Source: Candidatus Micrarchaeota archaeon (lineage in GTDB: Archaea > Micrarchaeota > Micrarchaeia > Micrarchaeales > Micrarchaeaceae). Taken from it: a stretch of 64,000 nucleotides of DNA. How positions within the stretch are numbered: position 1 is the stretch's first letter; each line of letters starts with the position of its first letter. Below the pieces are notes generated by a model. The model was not told the DNA's origin and ran no database searches. It saw only the letters and a program-made list of their open reading frames with translations. Shown here one piece after another: positions 63,991-64,000 of the stretch. Location: assembly GCA_021811435.1 (NCBI GenBank), contig JAJZOR010000003.1:20434-84433 (forward strand), in the 5' to 3' direction. The position numbers and the translations under genes are program-made.

Positions 63991-64000
63991 CCTGAATAGG

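Noticed and set aside
1-64000. CRISPR arrays, rRNA genes, inteins, selenocysteine/pyrrolysine recoding signals
   Set aside because: While reading through, I saw no regularly spaced direct repeats, no rRNA-like segments and no in-frame stop-interrupted conserved genes other than the pseudogenes listed. This was a visual scan only, not an exhaustive computation.

Overview
This is an archaeal chromosomal segment. Evidence: TATA-box promoters, RFC large subunit, histone, archease, archaeosortase, Sec61-beta, Dph6, split transketolase, and heavy AGA/AGG/ATA codon use. The lineage cannot be fixed from the window; it may be Thermoplasmata- or DPANN-like. Layout: (1) 0-2.8 kb holds an unrecognised tandem-paralog cassette. 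(2) 2.8-11 kb holds housekeeping genes plus dolichol-phosphate carrier genes (uppS, a dolichol-kinase-like gene, an AglH-like GPT), tRNA-Arg, and a HIT pseudogene. (3) About 11-32 kb is a visibly AT-richer surface-glycosylation island. It carries GT2/GT4 transferases, GT-C-like giants, two FkbM methyltransferases, an RmlC/RmlD-like pair, an RGP/GT75-like protein and a Wzx flippase, plus one intact IS630-family element and a solo IS end. (4) 31.5-46.3 kb holds two separate nucleotide-heptose modules (gmhA/hddA/gmhB twice, hddC once, three SDRs). These are physically joined to transaldolase, split transketolase and two Dpm1-like GT2 genes. (5) 46-64 kb holds housekeeping genes (apt, ScpAB, PduO adenosyltransferase, two tRNA-Val, aminotransferases, Dph6, Nth, archease, class II LysRS, Sec61-beta). 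Interspersed are an internally deleted mini-TnpB, gene fragments, a long archaeosortase and a Nudix-UDG fusion. I saw no rRNA and no CRISPR array. The best candidates for something new are: the heptose plus sedoheptulose-7-P supply supra-operon; the unrecognised nuclease-like/TRAM cassette at the left edge; and the RuvC-I/II-less TnpB translationally coupled to a phosphodiesterase-family gene. All family assignments come from by-eye motif recognition. No searches or computations were run.
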